Shown in pieces: positions 62,790 to 64,000 of a stretch of DNA of 64,000 nucleotides (position 1 is its first letter; each line of letters opens with the position of its first letter). The stretch is from contig CAXXMB010000002.1 in the NCBI GenBank assembly GCA_963668675.2, positions 1,280,001 to 1,344,000 of the forward strand. Reading direction: 5' to 3'. Below the pieces are notes generated by a model. That model was not told the DNA's origin. It searched no databases and saw nothing but the letters and a program-made list of their open reading frames with translations. The stretch is from an uncultured Desulfatitalea sp. (lineage in GTDB: Bacteria > Desulfobacterota > Desulfobacteria > Desulfobacterales > Desulfosarcinaceae). Position numbers and translations under genes: made by a program.

Positions 62790-63578
62790 ATGATGATGGT
62801 AAAAAAAGAAAAACAGAATTTATTCTGTACGCTGACATTGGCCGGAATACTCATCCTGGCATGTCTGCTGTGCGCCTGCGGCGGACAGGATGCGCTGCAC
62901 AATGAACAACTGGCCGCAGCCACCCGCGAAATCGGAGAAGCTTACATGCGCCAAGGCGACTACACCTCGGCGCTGCGCGAACTGCTCAAGGCCAAATCGA
63001 TCAACCCCGAGGATCCCTTTGTGCATAACGATCTGGGCCTGTGCTACATGGCCAAAAAACGCATGCCCGACGCCATAGCCCATTTCAAGAAGGCCGTGGC
63101 ACTGAAGCCAAGCTACACCCCGGCACGCAACAACCTGGGCGCCGCCTACCTGGCGGTCGAAGAGTGGGATGCGGCCATCGACACATTCAAGGAGATCACC
63201 AAAGACGCCCTTTACGCCACGCCGCAATTCCCACTCTCCAATCTGGGTCTGGCATACTATCGTAAAGGAGATTATTCAACTGCTCTCGACTATTACAAAG
63301 AGGCACTTAAACTCCAGCCGGACTTGGTCAACGCCCTGTTCGGCTGCGGTCGCACCTACGTGGCTATCAACCAGGGGCGGCTTGCCCTACGTTATTTGGA
63401 ACAGGCCATCAAACTGGCTCCAAAGGTGGCCGAAATCCATTTCCAACTGGGGGAGGCCTATCTGCTGACCGGACAAATTCCCCAAGCCAGGGCCGCATAT
63501 GAAAGCGTGGTTGATCTGGCACCCCAAGAGAGCAACCTTGCCTTGAAAGCCAGACAAAGATTGGGGATAGCGCGTTGA
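62790..63578 (+). CDS. TPR lipoprotein (PilF/PilW-like)
   Basis: Lipobox LCAC; multiple TPRs (HNDLGLCY, RNNLGAAY, SNLGLAYY, HFQLGEAY). Confidence 0.85.
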   Translation: MMMVKKEKQNLFCTLTLAGILILACLLCACGGQDALHNEQLAAATREIGEAYMRQGDYTSALRELLKAKSINPEDPFVHNDLGLCYMAKKRMPDAIAHFKKAVALKPSYTPARNNLGAAYLAVEEWDAAIDTFKEITKDALYATPQFPLSNLGLAYYRKGDYSTALDYYKEALKLQPDLVNALFGCGRTYVAINQGRLALRYLEQAIKLAPKVAEIHFQLGEAYLLTGQIPQARAAYESVVDLAPQESNLALKARQRLGIAR

Positions 63579-63599
63579 GGCAAAAGTAATGTTGAGAAC

Positions 63600-63637
63600 A
63601 TAAAAAGCGCTTCCACACAGAAGTGCGGAAACGCTTT
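63600..63637 (-). terminator. Terminator between convergent genes
   Basis: Minus strand AAAGCGTTTCCGCAC-TTCT-GTGTGGAAGCGCTTT pairs fully, including G-U pairs, and is followed by T's. Confidence 0.7.
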
Positions 63638-63688
63638 ATGTACAAATTAAAATACTTTCAGAATACGACTCTGGGACAACCTGTACCA

Positions 63689-64000
63689 CTAGCAGTTATC
63701 ATAATTGCCAAGCCAAACGGTAGCTTCACGTGAAATGGTACGGTCGTTGCCCGTTGCATCTTCAAAGTGAAACGTGATTCGAATTCTATATCGCCCCTCA
63801 TCCAGGTCCGGATAAGGTGGCACATAACTGTAATATAGAGTGTAATACTCGGCCTCTAGACTATTGAGTGTTTCAGTCTGCGAGTTATACAGATCGGTAT
63901 ATAGGTCCACCTCAGCCTGTGTTGTGGCATTGGCAAGATTGGTTAATGTAACGATAATAGCAGCCTCCATAGTCGTTATCGCCGCCTCGATGTCTGCTAG
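63689..64000 (-). CDS. Hypothetical protein, C-terminal part (truncated by window edge)
   Basis: Reading frame open to the window end; ends ...GRYRIRITFHFEDATGNDRTISREATVWLGNYDNC; lower GC. Confidence 0.6.
   Translation of the reverse strand, partial: LADIEAAITTMEAAIIVTLTNLANATTQAEVDLYTDLYNSQTETLNSLEAEYYTLYYSYVPPYPDLDEGRYRIRITFHFEDATGNDRTISREATVWLGNYDNC

Overview
Chromosomal window of roughly 55% GC (estimated by eye). Gene content points to an anaerobic deltaproteobacterium, probably Desulfobacterales-like (inference from the class III cytochrome c3, multiheme cytochromes and sigma54 modules). There is no rRNA, tRNA, CRISPR array, transposase or prophage that I can recognise. The standout feature is an octaheme tetrathionate-reductase (OTR)-family cytochrome c at 32953-34620. 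The ORF track splits it at an in-frame TGA (33310-33312) that falls exactly where the family's INNFC motif has Cys, and a SECIS-like hairpin follows. It is therefore a probable selenocysteine-containing multiheme cytochrome, encoded with a cytochrome b partner and a divergent exported rhodanese. Other notable items: a second, HAO-family octaheme cytochrome with a NapC/NirT partner; a thioredoxin-reductase-like flavoprotein lacking NADPH-binding motifs; a sigma54-controlled USP/SLC13/tandem cytidylate-kinase-like/two-component operon; a complete glyoxylate bypass (aceK-aceB-aceA); a stand-alone PglB/STT3 oligosaccharyltransferase; a ~190-bp nested-palindrome MITE-like element; a Pho-box-like repeat before a phosphate transporter; and a terminator-like leader before serS. 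The rest is housekeeping (cysE/cysK, leuB, trpB2, serS, thrC, pcm, Ktr/K+ channel, M1 peptidase, ABC-F). All product calls come from motif recognition, not database searches.
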